This document shows, piece after piece, positions 39,742-51,995 of a DNA stretch of 64,000 nucleotides (the first letter of the stretch is position 1; each line of letters begins with the position of its first letter). Below the pieces are notes generated by a model, which was not told where the DNA came from, ran no database searches, and saw nothing but the letters and a program-made list of their open reading frames with translations. Both the position numbers and the translations under genes were made by a program. The DNA lies in contig NC_087436.1 in NCBI RefSeq assembly GCF_036321535.1, positions 72,728,001 to 72,792,000 on the forward strand. The letters are read 5' to 3'. This DNA comes from Camelus dromedarius. Lineage: Eukaryota.

Positions 39742-40260
39742 GCTAGTCTTCCAGGTACCATCACTACACAACAAACCGTTGCAAAACTTAGTATCATAAA
39801 ATAACAATTATTTGATCACAAATTCCATGGCTCAGAATTTAAAATGACACAGTGTAGATGACTTCTCTCCGTTCTGCATTTCTGGAACCTCAGCTGGGAA
39901 AACCGCAAGGCCGAGGGCTGGAATCACCGGAAGTCATGTCTGGCAGTTCATGCTGTCAGCTCAGTTGGGAACTCTCCACTGACCCTGAGCTGGAATACCT
40001 CTGAGTGTCTTCACCATGTGGCCTGGCTTCCTCACAGCATGGACAGGTCAAATGAGTCAGACTTCTGAAATTGTGCCTCTGGGTTCCAAGGCCAGTGTCC
40101 CAGTTATGAGGCAGAAGCTGTATCACCTTTCATGACTTAGCTGCAGAATTCACACAGCATCGCTTTCCTTGCATTTCAATGGTTACGCGCAATTCAAAAT
40201 CCCACATATATTCAAGAGGCTATACTGTCGCCCGTGTCATTGGAAAATACAATCTGCTGC
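39742..40260 (-). mobile_element. Old MaLR LTR (MLT1G/H-like)
   Basis: 'caaaacttagt..cataaaataaca...cctcagctggg...ggggctggaatca...catgtggcctggcttcctcacagcatgg...ggcagaagctgtatcacctt'. Confidence 0.75.
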
Positions 40261-40720
40261 AAGCATTAACAACTTTTTGACACGATTTTTTCTTCTTATT
40301 GGCATTATACCTTTGTATTCTAGTTGTATGAACATTTTACTATACACTAAATGTGAGGATCGCATCATCCTTTTCCAGTAAAATGATGCAAAAACTGCCT
40401 TGCTGCCTTCTGGAATTCAGTGTTAGGAGTAAAGATACTTTACCAGCCTGTTATTTATTTCTCATTATACAACTTCTTCTTCATGTCCCATACTTATAAA
40501 ATTCTTGTCCTGTTCAAGATTTTGAATTCAAATGCCTGTAAGCCACAGAGAAGGATTGTGCTATAAAAATCATCCAAGTTCAAGTTCAGCATTATGGCCA
40601 GAGGCCGCTAGTCCTAGGACACTGGAAGCTATTGGCATAACACTTTCCCTTACTGCATTTTCTAGCTCACAAGAAACACACATGCCTGAAGACAGCTGGA
40701 TTTCATGACGCTTTTCAGAA

Positions 40721-40734
40721 GAGTCACGTGACTC
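40721..40734. promoter_or_regulatory. Palindromic CLEAR/E-box motif GAGTCACGTGACTC (candidate)
   Basis: 14-bp perfect palindrome containing GTCACGTGAC; motif match only. Confidence 0.35.
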
Positions 40735-40858
40735 CTCATGGCACACATAGAGACCCCTGATTTAAAGGGGTAGCCACATTGACGCAGAGAAGACGATGAA
40801 AACTGTCTCAACTCTTTTCAGAAGATGTAGGGGTTAGTCTTTAATTTCAAAAGCATGC

Positions 40859-41298
40859 TGTATTAGTTTGCTAGGACTGCCATAATGAAGTACTACAAAT
40901 TGTTAAGGTTCTATTAAAACAATAGAAATGTATTGCCTCACAGTTCTAAATCCAAAATCAAGATGTCGGTAGGGCTGTTTCCTCTGAGCACCACGAGGGA
41001 GAATCTGTCCCATGCTGGTGATTCCCTGGGAACTTCTGACAGTCCTTAGCTTTGGTTTTATCACCCCGATCCCTACCTTCATCTTCACGTATATTCTGCC
41101 CTGTGAGTGTGTCTGCCTCCAAACTTTTACTCTTTATAAGTCATACTGGATTAGGGACCCCCCCCTACTGTGGTATGACCTCATCCTAACTTAACTCATT
41201 ACATCTAGAATGACCTTATTGCCAAATAAAACCGCATTCTGAGGTAGTAGGGATTGGGACTTCAACATATGAATTTGTAGGGAGACACAATTCAATAC
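40859..41298 (-). mobile_element. MaLR solo LTR (MLT1A/B/C-like)
   Basis: 'tgtattagtttgctaggactgccataa...tcatactggattaggg...tatgacctcatc.taactt...gacttcaacatatgaattt...gacacaattcaa'. Confidence 0.88.
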
Positions 41299-42854
41299 CT
41301 GCTTAACGGGTTTTATCCTCTACATGGGAAATCTTTATAAGTATGATCTTGCGATGGTGTTTTTTGTGTGAGCTCTCCAAACCTGAATTTATTGCCAGTT
41401 GTCTTCACTATAATTTCAGAAGCACACACGTTGTATCATTTTCATGTGAACAACACATGTGGTTTTCATTTTCTATGAAGTTTTTAAGTATCTGCTAATA
41501 GAGGCCAGCGGTGGTGCACATTAAATCCCAAATCATGACAATTAGAATTCACAATTTGGTTTTATAATGCACCAAGGGCGTTTTTTTTCCAATAGAATAT
41601 CTGCATAATTCTGTTTTGCTTGAATGAACATTAAAATTAGCTTAAATTCCCTAAGACCATATCAACTAGTATTGGAATTTAGAGTCAATAATCATGGAAA
41701 TTAGGCAGAGATTCAACAGTGACTAAAAAATACATTAAGGTAACTACACTTTGAGTCTATCCATCAGCTGGAGAATCACAGTACTATGCTAACTTAAAAA
41801 AAAAAAAAAAAACTTACAGCAGCCTTTCATGCTACCTAAAAGATTAACAAATTTGAGACCTTTCAAAAGCATGCAATCCGAATACCCAAATAAAGTTCTT
41901 TTATTTATGTAGTTGTTTTAATATATACATAATTTGTTATGATTTGAAAGGCTTAGAAATATCTCCTTTACTGGGCTTCTACAATTTCCAAACCCCCCAC
42001 AAATTTTATAATTTGGTCTAAAATATACATTGCCTGGAGGAAAACAAAACAGTTGGATCATTGCAGACCAGTCACCAGGGAAGTGGGTTGTCCTCTTACT
42101 AATGTGATGTAGAAAGAATGAGACTTTGAAAGGAAGGGCCGAAAAAATGAGTCACCTTCAAAATAAGTCCTCTTAATGGGGACATTACTTTTAAGATGTA
42201 TATCATCTTCATAAGCAGTCATTAGGAGATTGGACACTTCCAGGACATCTAAGAGCTGAGCTGTGGACAGTGAGAGATGACAAACAAGATTCAGCAGTTA
42301 CGCACGCTGTTGACTTAGCTATTTGCTCTGTTTAATGCCATATAGTATTCAATAGAACTAGACTGAGCTTTCCTTTCTCCATTTATACTCTGAGTAAAAA
42401 AGCTTGGGAGTTAAGCATTACAGCATTATCTCCCTTTTTTTCCCCTTTGTTCTTTTGACTTTTGTTCATATCTCAGGAGTTGGTTGGGGGTTGGGGTTCA
42501 ACAGTAATACTTCCTACATCATTGCCACTTGCTAGAGCAGAAGGGTACCAATCGAAAAAGAAAAGAAAAGAACTTTATAAGTGAAGTGATTCACATGTTC
42601 TGTTAAAAAATCCAATCTCAAGTTATATACCTTTTTATTTTCTTATCTCCAGATGTTCCTACTGAGACGTGAGCCCCATTTCATATGCCATCTGCACAAT
42701 GTTTGACACACAGGAATCACCATCAATTTTCCAGCTCTCTGAATAACCCCATAAGCTTTACACAAGGAAATTCCACTCTCTAAAAATTAAAAGCAAAGCA
42801 ACTTTTCATGGAATCTTTGTGAGGGCTTATGCTAAACTGCATTTTAGCAGCCTC

Positions 42855-42919
42855 ATGCTCAACACCACTAATTGTTAAGAGAAATGCAAACCAAAACTAC
42901 AAAGAGATATCACCTCACA
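42855..42919 (+). mobile_element. Isolated 65-bp internal L1 ORF2 fragment
   Basis: 'atgctcaacaccactaatt..agagaaatgcaaa.caaaactacaa.gagatatcacctcac' aligns with the L1 copy at ~49098-49160. Confidence 0.8.
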
Positions 42920-45599
42920 AATACACTTAAACAGGAGTGTGACACTTCAAGCAGGGCATCGAAATTAATTACTCAAAAGTAATGAAACATAGGTAATTTG
43001 TGTGGCTCAGTAAATGTCACTGAATTGAGATACATTGCTTTTCCAGTACCTTTCCTGTTAAATTAGCCTCTGCCAATGTATAATTATGCACCTCTCTTGG
43101 CCGGGGAGGGATCTGGCCTCATTTTATGCTAAAGAAAAACTGCACCAAATGCTCTATGCAGTAGTAGGTGGGACTCACATCTCAAACAGTCAGGTGTATT
43201 TTACTCACATGACTTGAAAGAAAGTCATCTTTCATATCAATAAAGAGTTCAAATAATTCAGGTTTTATTATTGAAATAAAGCTTCAAAAATCTTCCCTGG
43301 ATAAACTCTCAACAAATCTTTACCTCCCTCTCTCCCTCTCCTATTTATTGATTCTCTTGTGTCCTGGTGGTCTGTGTGTACCACATAGACTTTCACCTAA
43401 AGACTTCGGGACCTCACAAGGAAGAAGTAACAGTCATTTATCAATTAAAGAAGAATAAAAACAATTTACCTGTCATTTGTTTAGTTTCAACAGTCAAAAA
43501 AATCAAAGTTACTCCATATCACTTTTTTGAGAACCAAGATCTACAGATTACAGATTAAAGAGTTACTGAGTTCAATGCTTTAATACATACCCAAGTGAGT
43601 AATTGTAATATTGCATTAGTATGTACAGTAAAATGCCGGACTATTGTTTAGAGTTCCCCAGCAATAACTGGCTAAGTGTTATTTTAATAGTTGATAATTT
43701 AAAGTTAAAAAAAACTTAAAAAAATTTCCTTTTACATAAATTCAAATGCAGTAACACAGACTGCAGTTTTTCATATGGATATGTCTTATTTATTTGACCT
43801 TCTTGTAGTGAGGAAACTACGACTGTCACTTTTAGGAATATTAAGTAAAATCAGGTTTTACACTTGTGCAGTTTTATAACAAAAAATTAGTAAAATATTT
43901 TCCTATGTCTCCTTTATCATCCTTCACCTCCCCCAAAATGGTTTAGTTTGACTTAGCAGTAGTTACCTTTTCTAAGGAGAATTATAAAACTTCATTTAGT
44001 AAATGAAATCACAGTTACAGAAATGGTATGGAGGCCCTTGTTTTTTCCTAATTATCCAGCCCTAACTGTGCTGGACCCCCCACCACGTGAAAACAACATG
44101 CCGCCTTCCAAGAAGAGGGTAAGCTAAAAATTCTGATTTACTATATTGATCATTTTCTATCCATCCACAATTTAAGTCACAATAGCACTGATGATATGAA
44201 ATACTCTAAGTGGATTGAGATAAGCTGTGTTTCCAGATTCCAGTTGGATCTTAGAGTATTGTGCTCTTCTCAAAAAATGGACCATCACTTTCTATTTGGA
44301 AAACTTACATATTAATGGAATCTAGTACTGATGCATTTTTTAAGGTACACTTTGAATTGTTCATTTTTCCTTAGATTTGGATAATGATTCACTCAGTGAC
44401 TCACTTTGTAAATGCATGGATTATTCTTTTCTGATTTTCTTCACGTGCACAATTTCTTCTACTTGAAGTGTAGTTCTTACCCCATCTTTGTCTGAAATAG
44501 TATTTTCTCTTATTTAAGGGGCAGCTCAAAGACCACCTCCTTTAGTGAACAAAAGCTCCTAAACTGGAATCAATCACTTACTATGCTGGGCTTTCATAGA
44601 AGTGGGATGAGATTTTGGGTGTTTTTATTATTTGTTTTGTTGTTTTGGGCTGTAATAAAATCTGTCACCTATGTGTTTTAAGTTACAGTGGCAGGTTTTC
44701 TAAGGCAAGCAATGAGGCAGAGAAGCTCTGCCGAGGCCAGCTATCTGTCTGCCGGAGTTTTGGGGAACGGACATCATCGTCTTCTGATCCCTATCCTCAC
44801 AGACTCAGAGACCTAATTTTACCAGAAAACCAAAAGCAAGAGTGAGTGTGATAGCGTTAATTTAAATAAGAACATTTCTTTCACAGTGTCACTCTGCCGA
44901 ACGAATGGACTAGGTACCTAGGAAAGCCAAATTATAATTTGCAGCTTGGTAAGCTTGGCTGTTTTAAGCTCATCATACTAAAAATGACCTGGTGAATTCG
45001 TCTTCACAACAACCATGGCCATGTCAGTGAGGCTGTGCTTCTCTAAGCTCACAAATCAAGAGCCCCAGTCCCCCTGGGAGGGGTTTAGACGGGCACTGCC
45101 AATATTTATCTCTGTCGCTCTGCTTCACCTATTTCCTGAGATGAACAGGCTACCTTCTGATTAGCTTGCATCATATGATTTGATATTTTTCTGTTTCAAT
45201 CCATTGGGTCATTAACTTAGCTCTTAAAGGCAGTTTTCTTCATTTTGTATCCTGCCTTTTCAAGCTCTTGGTAGAATGTGATAAGGTTTTGGAACCCTTG
45301 CCAGGTGTCTACTGTGTCCCCACTACAGTAGTTTCTGGCATTTCATACCTATGCTTGCCAAAATCCCTAAGAACCTTCTAATTAATTAATTTCCTCAGTG
45401 CCAAGATTCCATAGATGAAACAGACCAGAATCCATTTAATAATAACCTATCAGGACAAAAAAGGGAAAAAATGAAAGAAAAAGAAAAAAGTACACATTTA
45501 CCATACAACTCATTCAGAATCAGAATGGGGGACATGTGGGTCAATGGATAATCTCTAGTCCTTACCTCACTGGTATCTCAGTGATATTTTGCAGACTAT

Positions 45600-46900
45600 G
45601 ACTTATGTAACAGCCAGGCTGTTCCTCTCTTCTAGTTTTTATCTGTCCAGTGCCTATTCCTTCCCTGTCCCTCTTCTTCCACCCTCCCTCTTAAATATTA
45701 GCTTTTCCCACATTACTTTTGTCTCTCTTCTCTTCTAACATAATTTATTTTCCTTGAGGAATATCATCCTCCTCAAAAACTTTAACTATCTGCACATCTG
45801 CCAATAACTTACAAAAATACATTCTTACTTCAGAACTCTTCCCCAATGACAGGACCATGTTTACAAATGGCTACTGAAAATGTACATTGAGATAAGCAGA
45901 ATCATCTAATGACCTCAGGGCTTCATCTTGGGTAACCTAACAAAAAGTGGTCTCGGACTATGGGCATCCTCTGCCACCAGGGGCTTCATTTAACCTAAAA
46001 TTTCTAAAAGACTCAGGCCCCTAAAGTTTGGACCCTCAGAAACTGATATTTGGCAGCACTCTTAAATAGCTAGCACATAGGCTCTGACTACCTGACTTCT
46101 GCTCCAAATGTTTGTTACTCACATGAAGTTGCTCTCAAGCTTTGTACGAATAAAAAATAAGAGCCTCATGAGATTAGGGTCCCTCCATGGGACACCAGCC
46201 CTACAGGATATTCAACTGCACCCCAGCCCAAGCATGTCTCCCAGCAGGATGCTGAGAGGAAGAGTACCCATGCTCCTGCTTCTGCGTGAGCGTTTGAGCT
46301 GATCCCAGATGGTGCTGTCTGGCCTTCACCTGAGTTTGTTGCATGACAATATGCTCCATATTGGGCTGTCTGTCCCTTAGCATACCTCAGCTCCAGCAGA
46401 AACCTACCCCTCATTCTGTTTTCTCTATCTCTGAATGGACTGCTGTTCATCAAGTTGGAAGCCTGGAAATAATTTTATACCTGTTTTCTCTCCCTTAATT
46501 TCTTCTGCTCCTTCCCTTCTAACTTCTAATCTGTAACTAAACCTTGAACATTCAACTGTCAAGATATTTGACACTTTCCTCTTCTCTATATTCCACTACG
46601 TCTATCTTACTTTAGATCCCCAGTATCATGATTTCACCATGGACAAGCCTAACTTTCTGTTTTAACCTTGTCAAATCCTCTCTCCGTGTTCATAATAGAA
46701 TAATCTTACTAAACTTCAAATTTAATGATATTTCACTGCTTAGAGACTCCCTATTGCTGACATAAGAAAATCTATAGTCCTTTACCAAGACTGGCAGATC
46801 TCATTCTTATGTGGCATCTGTCTACCTATATTGTTACTCCCCAATAGGAACCTTGCATTCCAGCCACACTAACCTATCTGAAGCTTCCTAAGGACATTCC
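45600..46900 (+). mobile_element. Degraded L2 fragments
   Basis: 'catacctcagctccagcagaaac...tcaagttggaagcctggaaataatt...ttcactgctt...ctccctattgc...ttccagccacactaac'. Confidence 0.55.
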
Positions 46901-46999
46901 TTTTTAAACTTATGTAGTCTTCTTCCATTTGCCAAAATTAGCATTCTCCTTCCTTAAACCAAATCATACAGAAAATTCATTCTTAGTCAATACACTGAA

Positions 47000-47258
47000 G
47001 CCACTGGTGATGAAAACCAAGCTGAGAATTTGACAAAAACATACTCACTCCCCACACATTTCCCTACCACCACCACAAACTTGAGAAGCTGGGCAAATAA
47101 AGAAATTCTGAATAAAATCTATCACACCCCTGAATGAATGATACCTGAATCTGCCTTTAAAGTTTTTAGTTATGTAAGCCAATAAACTCTTCTTTACAAA
47201 GTTTAAGATATTTTGGATTAGATTTCTATTAGTTGCAACATGAGTTCTGCTTAATATA
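47000..47258 (+). mobile_element. Old MLT1 LTR 3' part
   Basis: 'agttatgtaagccaataaactc...tttaag...tggattagatttct.ttagttgcaac...taatata'. Confidence 0.6.
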
Positions 47259-48835
47259 AAAAATCTTTATATAAATAACTTGTGTGCAAGGCTATGGGAA
47301 TAATAAATTTATTGTTAATAAAAAAATTATCTATGAATACATACTAAGCAAAACTCAAGAATTATGCATCTGCTGGCATCACTCAATTATAATGTTACAA
47401 AAATGTATAATTTGGGGGTATTATTAAGGGTAAACTTTATGTCTTTTTGTCTTCTACTGATGTTCATTCTAAAATTTTTAGCAGGAGCAAGATGTCTTCA
47501 GAGAATCTGAAAGATGAGGCAAAGAGTCGCTTGATGGTCCAGCTCTTGGTGCTGGCATTCTAAGCATGAGAGTCCAGTTTACATCAGGTAGATAAGCAAA
47601 GACAAAGACCTATAATTGCTGTTCTTCCTATTCAGAAATGTCCAGAGGGAATTTAATGATTGTTGGCCTCATATATAAAGCACAGCATTTCTCACCAAGC
47701 CGGGAGAATTTTAATCTCTTCATCAAATTCCAAGATAGGAATCACTTAGATCAATGCCTCCACTGTTACTGGCCAAGTACTGGGTCCAAAGCAAACATGC
47801 TTCCCTGAGGATCAAAGACAACTGGGCTTGGCATTGTTAGAAGAAATGAACAAAACTAAGCCTGGCCATTGCTTTTCGGTTGTGTCCTATTCCCCTTGAT
47901 GAAACCACAACTTCTACCAGCCCCTCTGCTCATAAATTTCAGTTCTTAAGAAGAAACCAAGGTTTTTCACCAAGAGGAAAATTCTGTAGACTACAGAAGG
48001 TGGATCATGGGACAGTGAGGCAATCCCAAGTGAAGGCATAACATACTCTATCACTGAGGCATCCCAGCTTATGAGAAATCTCAGTAGGAGTGAAAAGGTA
48101 CAGACCTGCCACACCTCGTGGGCTAAGCTGTTAAGAACCTGCAGAATGCTAACTCACCTGATATTATCACCAGTGGAATTCTTGGTCTGCTAGCACCTGC
48201 TACCATGCTTTGACAGACCTGCTGGGTTATTATGGACTAAGAGATAAAGAATGAGCATCAAATAATAACCTCTTTTGCATCTCAAATCCAATCTATCTAG
48301 AGGCAAAAGGGAAAATTCAGAATATTTCAAAATCCTTTGCATCTCTTCGACTCTGTTATTCTACTATTCCTCAGTGATTCAGGAGAAGCTCTGATTTAAG
48401 CATGATTTATAGATGGGTCAATATGTAACACAAGGAAAACTCATGAGGAGAAGGTGAAACACATACAGAGGCAATTTGCAAAGAATCTTTCACTTTTGTC
48501 ATCTTTGACAACCCTGCCCCACTGCCCCACAGTACTGGGTGCTCTAGTGATCCTCAAAATTCCACCACACATCCACACCACACCATTTGTGTCTGCAGCC
48601 ACATGTGTACTTGTTTTAGGCCCATAGCCTGGAAAGCTCTCCCCACCTCTTTTCACCTGATTATCTTCTATTCACCCTTAAGACTCAGCTGAGATGTCAT
48701 CCCTGAACCTCTGGGTTAAGAGTATTTCTTCTGTGGTCCTACAAATGGGTAGGTGCTAAGCTTTAAGAGAAAGAATCACCTGTTAAAGACGGAGACTCCT
48801 GCATCAGTGGTTTAAAATGTAGGTAAAATAGTCTG

Positions 48836-49663
48836 AAGCAAAAATAAACAAATGAGATGTAATTAAACTTAAAAGCTTTTGCACAGGAAACCATAAACAA
48901 AATGAAAAGACAACCTACAGAATGGGAAAATATATTTGCAAATGATGCCATCGACAAAGGCTTAATTGTCAAAATATACAAACAGCTCGTACGGCTCAAT
49001 ATAAAAAACAAACAACTTAATCAAAAAAATGGACAAAAGACCTAGACAGATATTTCTCCAGAGAAGACATACAGATGGCCAACAGGCACATGAAAAGATG
49101 CTCAACATTGCTAATTATTAGATAAATGCAAATCAAAACCACAAGGAGGTGTCACCTCACACCAATTAGAATGGCCTTCATTAAAAAGTCTACAAATAAT
49201 AAATGCTGGGGAGGGTATGGAGAAAAAGGAACTCTCTTACACTGTTGGTGGATATGTAAATCGGTGCAGCCATTATGGAGAACAGTATGGAGGTTCCTTA
49301 TAAACCTAAAAATAAACTTACCATATGATCCTGCATTCCCACTCTTAGGCATTTATCCAGAGAGAACTCTAATTTGAAAAGACATACGTACCCCAATGTT
49401 CACTGAAGCATTATTTACAATAGGCAAGACACGGAAACAACCTAAATGTCCATCAACAGATGACTGGATAAAGATATGGTATATATACACAGTGGAATAT
49501 TACTCAGCCATAAAAAGAATGAAATAATGCAATTTGCAGCAACATGGATGGACCTAGAGATTATCATATTAAGTCAGACAGAAAGACAAAAATCATATGA
49601 TATCACTTATATGTGGTATCTAAAACAATGATACAAATGAATTTATTTACAAAACAGAAACAG
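48836..49663 (+). mobile_element. LINE-1 ORF2 C-terminal fragment, truncated at both ends
   Basis: ORF 49126-49377 [48 protein letters not shown]; ends abruptly in the proximal 3' UTR. Confidence 0.93.
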
Positions 49664-50086
49664 GTTGTATGCCCATGAAGACGGCCAGCTCTGCTCATGA
49701 TTCTTATCTGTTTCTCTTATTTCTCTTTTAGAGATATTCTCTAGCTGCTCTTTCTCACCATATACTATGTATTTCCTAAGTTATAGCCTTAGTCTCCTCT
49801 CTCTCTACGTATCCTCTTTGGAAACTTCACCCAAATGCATAGCTTCAACTGTCACCAAAATAGTAGCAAATCCATGTTATACTTATTTGTGAACTTTCCC
49901 TTGTCAAACTGTCAAAATATGAATTCTTTGCATGGATTAATATTATTCCAAGTTCTGACTCTGGCAATTATTTTCCTCTGGCTTCTGCATCATAGACTCT
50001 CATTTAAGCCTCTTCCCCTGACCCCTACGTCCTTTTCCAGATTTCACAAGATTCAGTGCCCCACTTCTCAACATCATTATTTATAT

Positions 50087-50312
50087 CAGGGGGCAGCAAA
50101 TTACAACCTGTGGATCAAATCTGGCTCGCTGAATGTTTTTTATAAACAAAGCTATATTGGAACAAAACCACACTCACTCATTTTTGTATTGTCTATGGTT
50201 GCTTATGCACCAAAACAGTAGAGCTGAGTAGTTACAACAGAGAACATATGGTTCGCAAAGCCTAAGATATTTATTATCTAGCCTTTTAAAGAAAAAATTA
50301 CCACCACTACCA
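50087..50312. mobile_element. MER58A hAT-Charlie MITE
   Basis: 'caggggcagcaaattacaacctgtggatcaaatctggc...tattggaaca...gagctgagtagttacaacagaga...aaagcctaagatatttattatct'. Confidence 0.88.
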
Positions 50313-50399
50313 CCCCCATCTATACTGTCCATATCCAAATTAACTCAACTTCTCTCTCTCGAACCCTCTCTCTCAAACCTGCCCCATCACTTTACCCAA

Positions 50400-51385
50400 A
50401 CTGACGTCAAGACCACTAAAGACCTCTTTCTCCATATCCTTCACTGTTTCCTCCTCTCCAGCTCTACAACTAAATGTTCCAGCGTCCTAACACTCAGTCT
50501 TTTAATCTGTTCTCTCTTCTAGCTACATGCTTGCTTCCTCTGATGAAAACTCGGTTCCTTTGACTTTAAATACTAGTTACTTGCTGATAACTCTCTTACT
50601 TGAAATATTGTGACGCTTCGAAGTGAGGCCCAGCTTCTATCCTTGCTCTCATACGGTCTATTCTCACCATAGAAGCCAGAGCGACCCTCTGAAAACCTCA
50701 GTCAGGCCATGCCATTCATCAGTTCACCGTCTTCCAGTGGTTTCCTGTCTCCTTAAGAGTGAGAGCCACGTCCTTACCCCGGCCTTCAAAGCCCCACACA
50801 ATTTGGTTCCCACTTCCCTCCTCCTGCTGCTCTCCCTGCACGCACGTTACTCCAGCCACACTGACCACCCCACTCTTCCTCAAACACCCCTGGCGCGCTG
50901 CTCCCTCAGAGCCATTTCACTTGTTCTTCCCTCTGTGTGAAATTTTTTCCCCAAGATATTTGCTGACTCACTCCCACATCTCCTCCAATAATTGACTGAC
51001 ATCACTCTCCCAGTAAGACCTTCTCTGGCCATCCAGTTTTAGACCTATCTCTTTTGTCCCGTACTCCTTACTCACTTGGCCTAATTTTATTTTTCCCCAT
51101 AGCACTTACCATCATTTGTCCTATTTATTTGTTTGTTTTATCTCTTCCATTAGAATATAAGCACCATGTGAGTATATATTTTTAACTGTTTTATTCATTG
51201 AGGTATCCCAAGTGCCTAAAATGCTATTTGGTATAGAGGAGATACTTGCAAACAGTTTTTAGTACATTACACAAATGGAGATACGCCATTTTAATTATCT
51301 TGGCATAGTCTTCAGCATCTAGAACAGTGCCTGGTGTATAATATTCAATTTAAAAAATATTTTTGAGTTTGTAATTGAATGAATG
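50400..51385 (+). mobile_element. L2a-type LINE 3' region (fragments)
   Basis: 'cagtcaggccatg...gtccttacc..ggccttcaaagccc...ctccagccacactg...catagcacttaccatc...tagaatataagc.ccatg...aacagtgcctgg...ttgaatgaatg'. Confidence 0.85.
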
Positions 51386-51789
51386 GCTATTCCAATGAAT
51401 CAATTCGTGTTCTTTCTGGAACCCAAATTCTGTAGTTTTTCTAACTGTCTAATATTCATGCACAACATAAAAATTTTCTTTCCAAATAAGTTGAGTGCCC
51501 TCTTGTTTGAACAGACATCTCCTTCATACACCTGTCATATTCTAAAGGAAGTGTTATGAGTCAGCCAGTAATTGGGAAGCTGTCTCATCCTAGTAATGGA
51601 CTGTGGACCTCCCCCACTTTGCCATGAACCAATGTCATTTTGAGTTTCTGTGTTCTCTGATGATCTTAATTGTGCTTTATTTAAGTGAAATTACACACAG
51701 CAAAATGACTAGCACTCTCACAAACCCTGCTGAGCCATGTGTTAACAACCATTGTTTGGTGAAAGCAGGGGTCTCTAATTATGTGTGGT

Positions 51790-51995
51790 GACAAGATCCT
51801 GAGTTTGGAGTCACGTGAATTTGAGTTGGAATCCTGGCTCTGCCCAACCCAAGACCAGTGGTGCGACCTTGGGCTACCTGCTGAGCATAGTTCTCATTTG
51901 TATAATGTGCATAAATATGCTACTTGCCTAATGCACTTGTTGAAAAAAAGTGTCATAAAATAATGTATATAACATGCTAATATACAATTGATTTC
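51790..51995 (+). mobile_element. MIR SINE
   Basis: 'tttggagtca...gaatcctggctctgcc...gaccttgggc...ttctcatttgtataatg...taatgtatataacatgct'. Confidence 0.75.

Noticed and set aside
47485..47590. Plus-strand exon-like segment (tagcag|...cag|gtagat)
   Set aside because: Weak donor, short ORF with an early stop, no further support.
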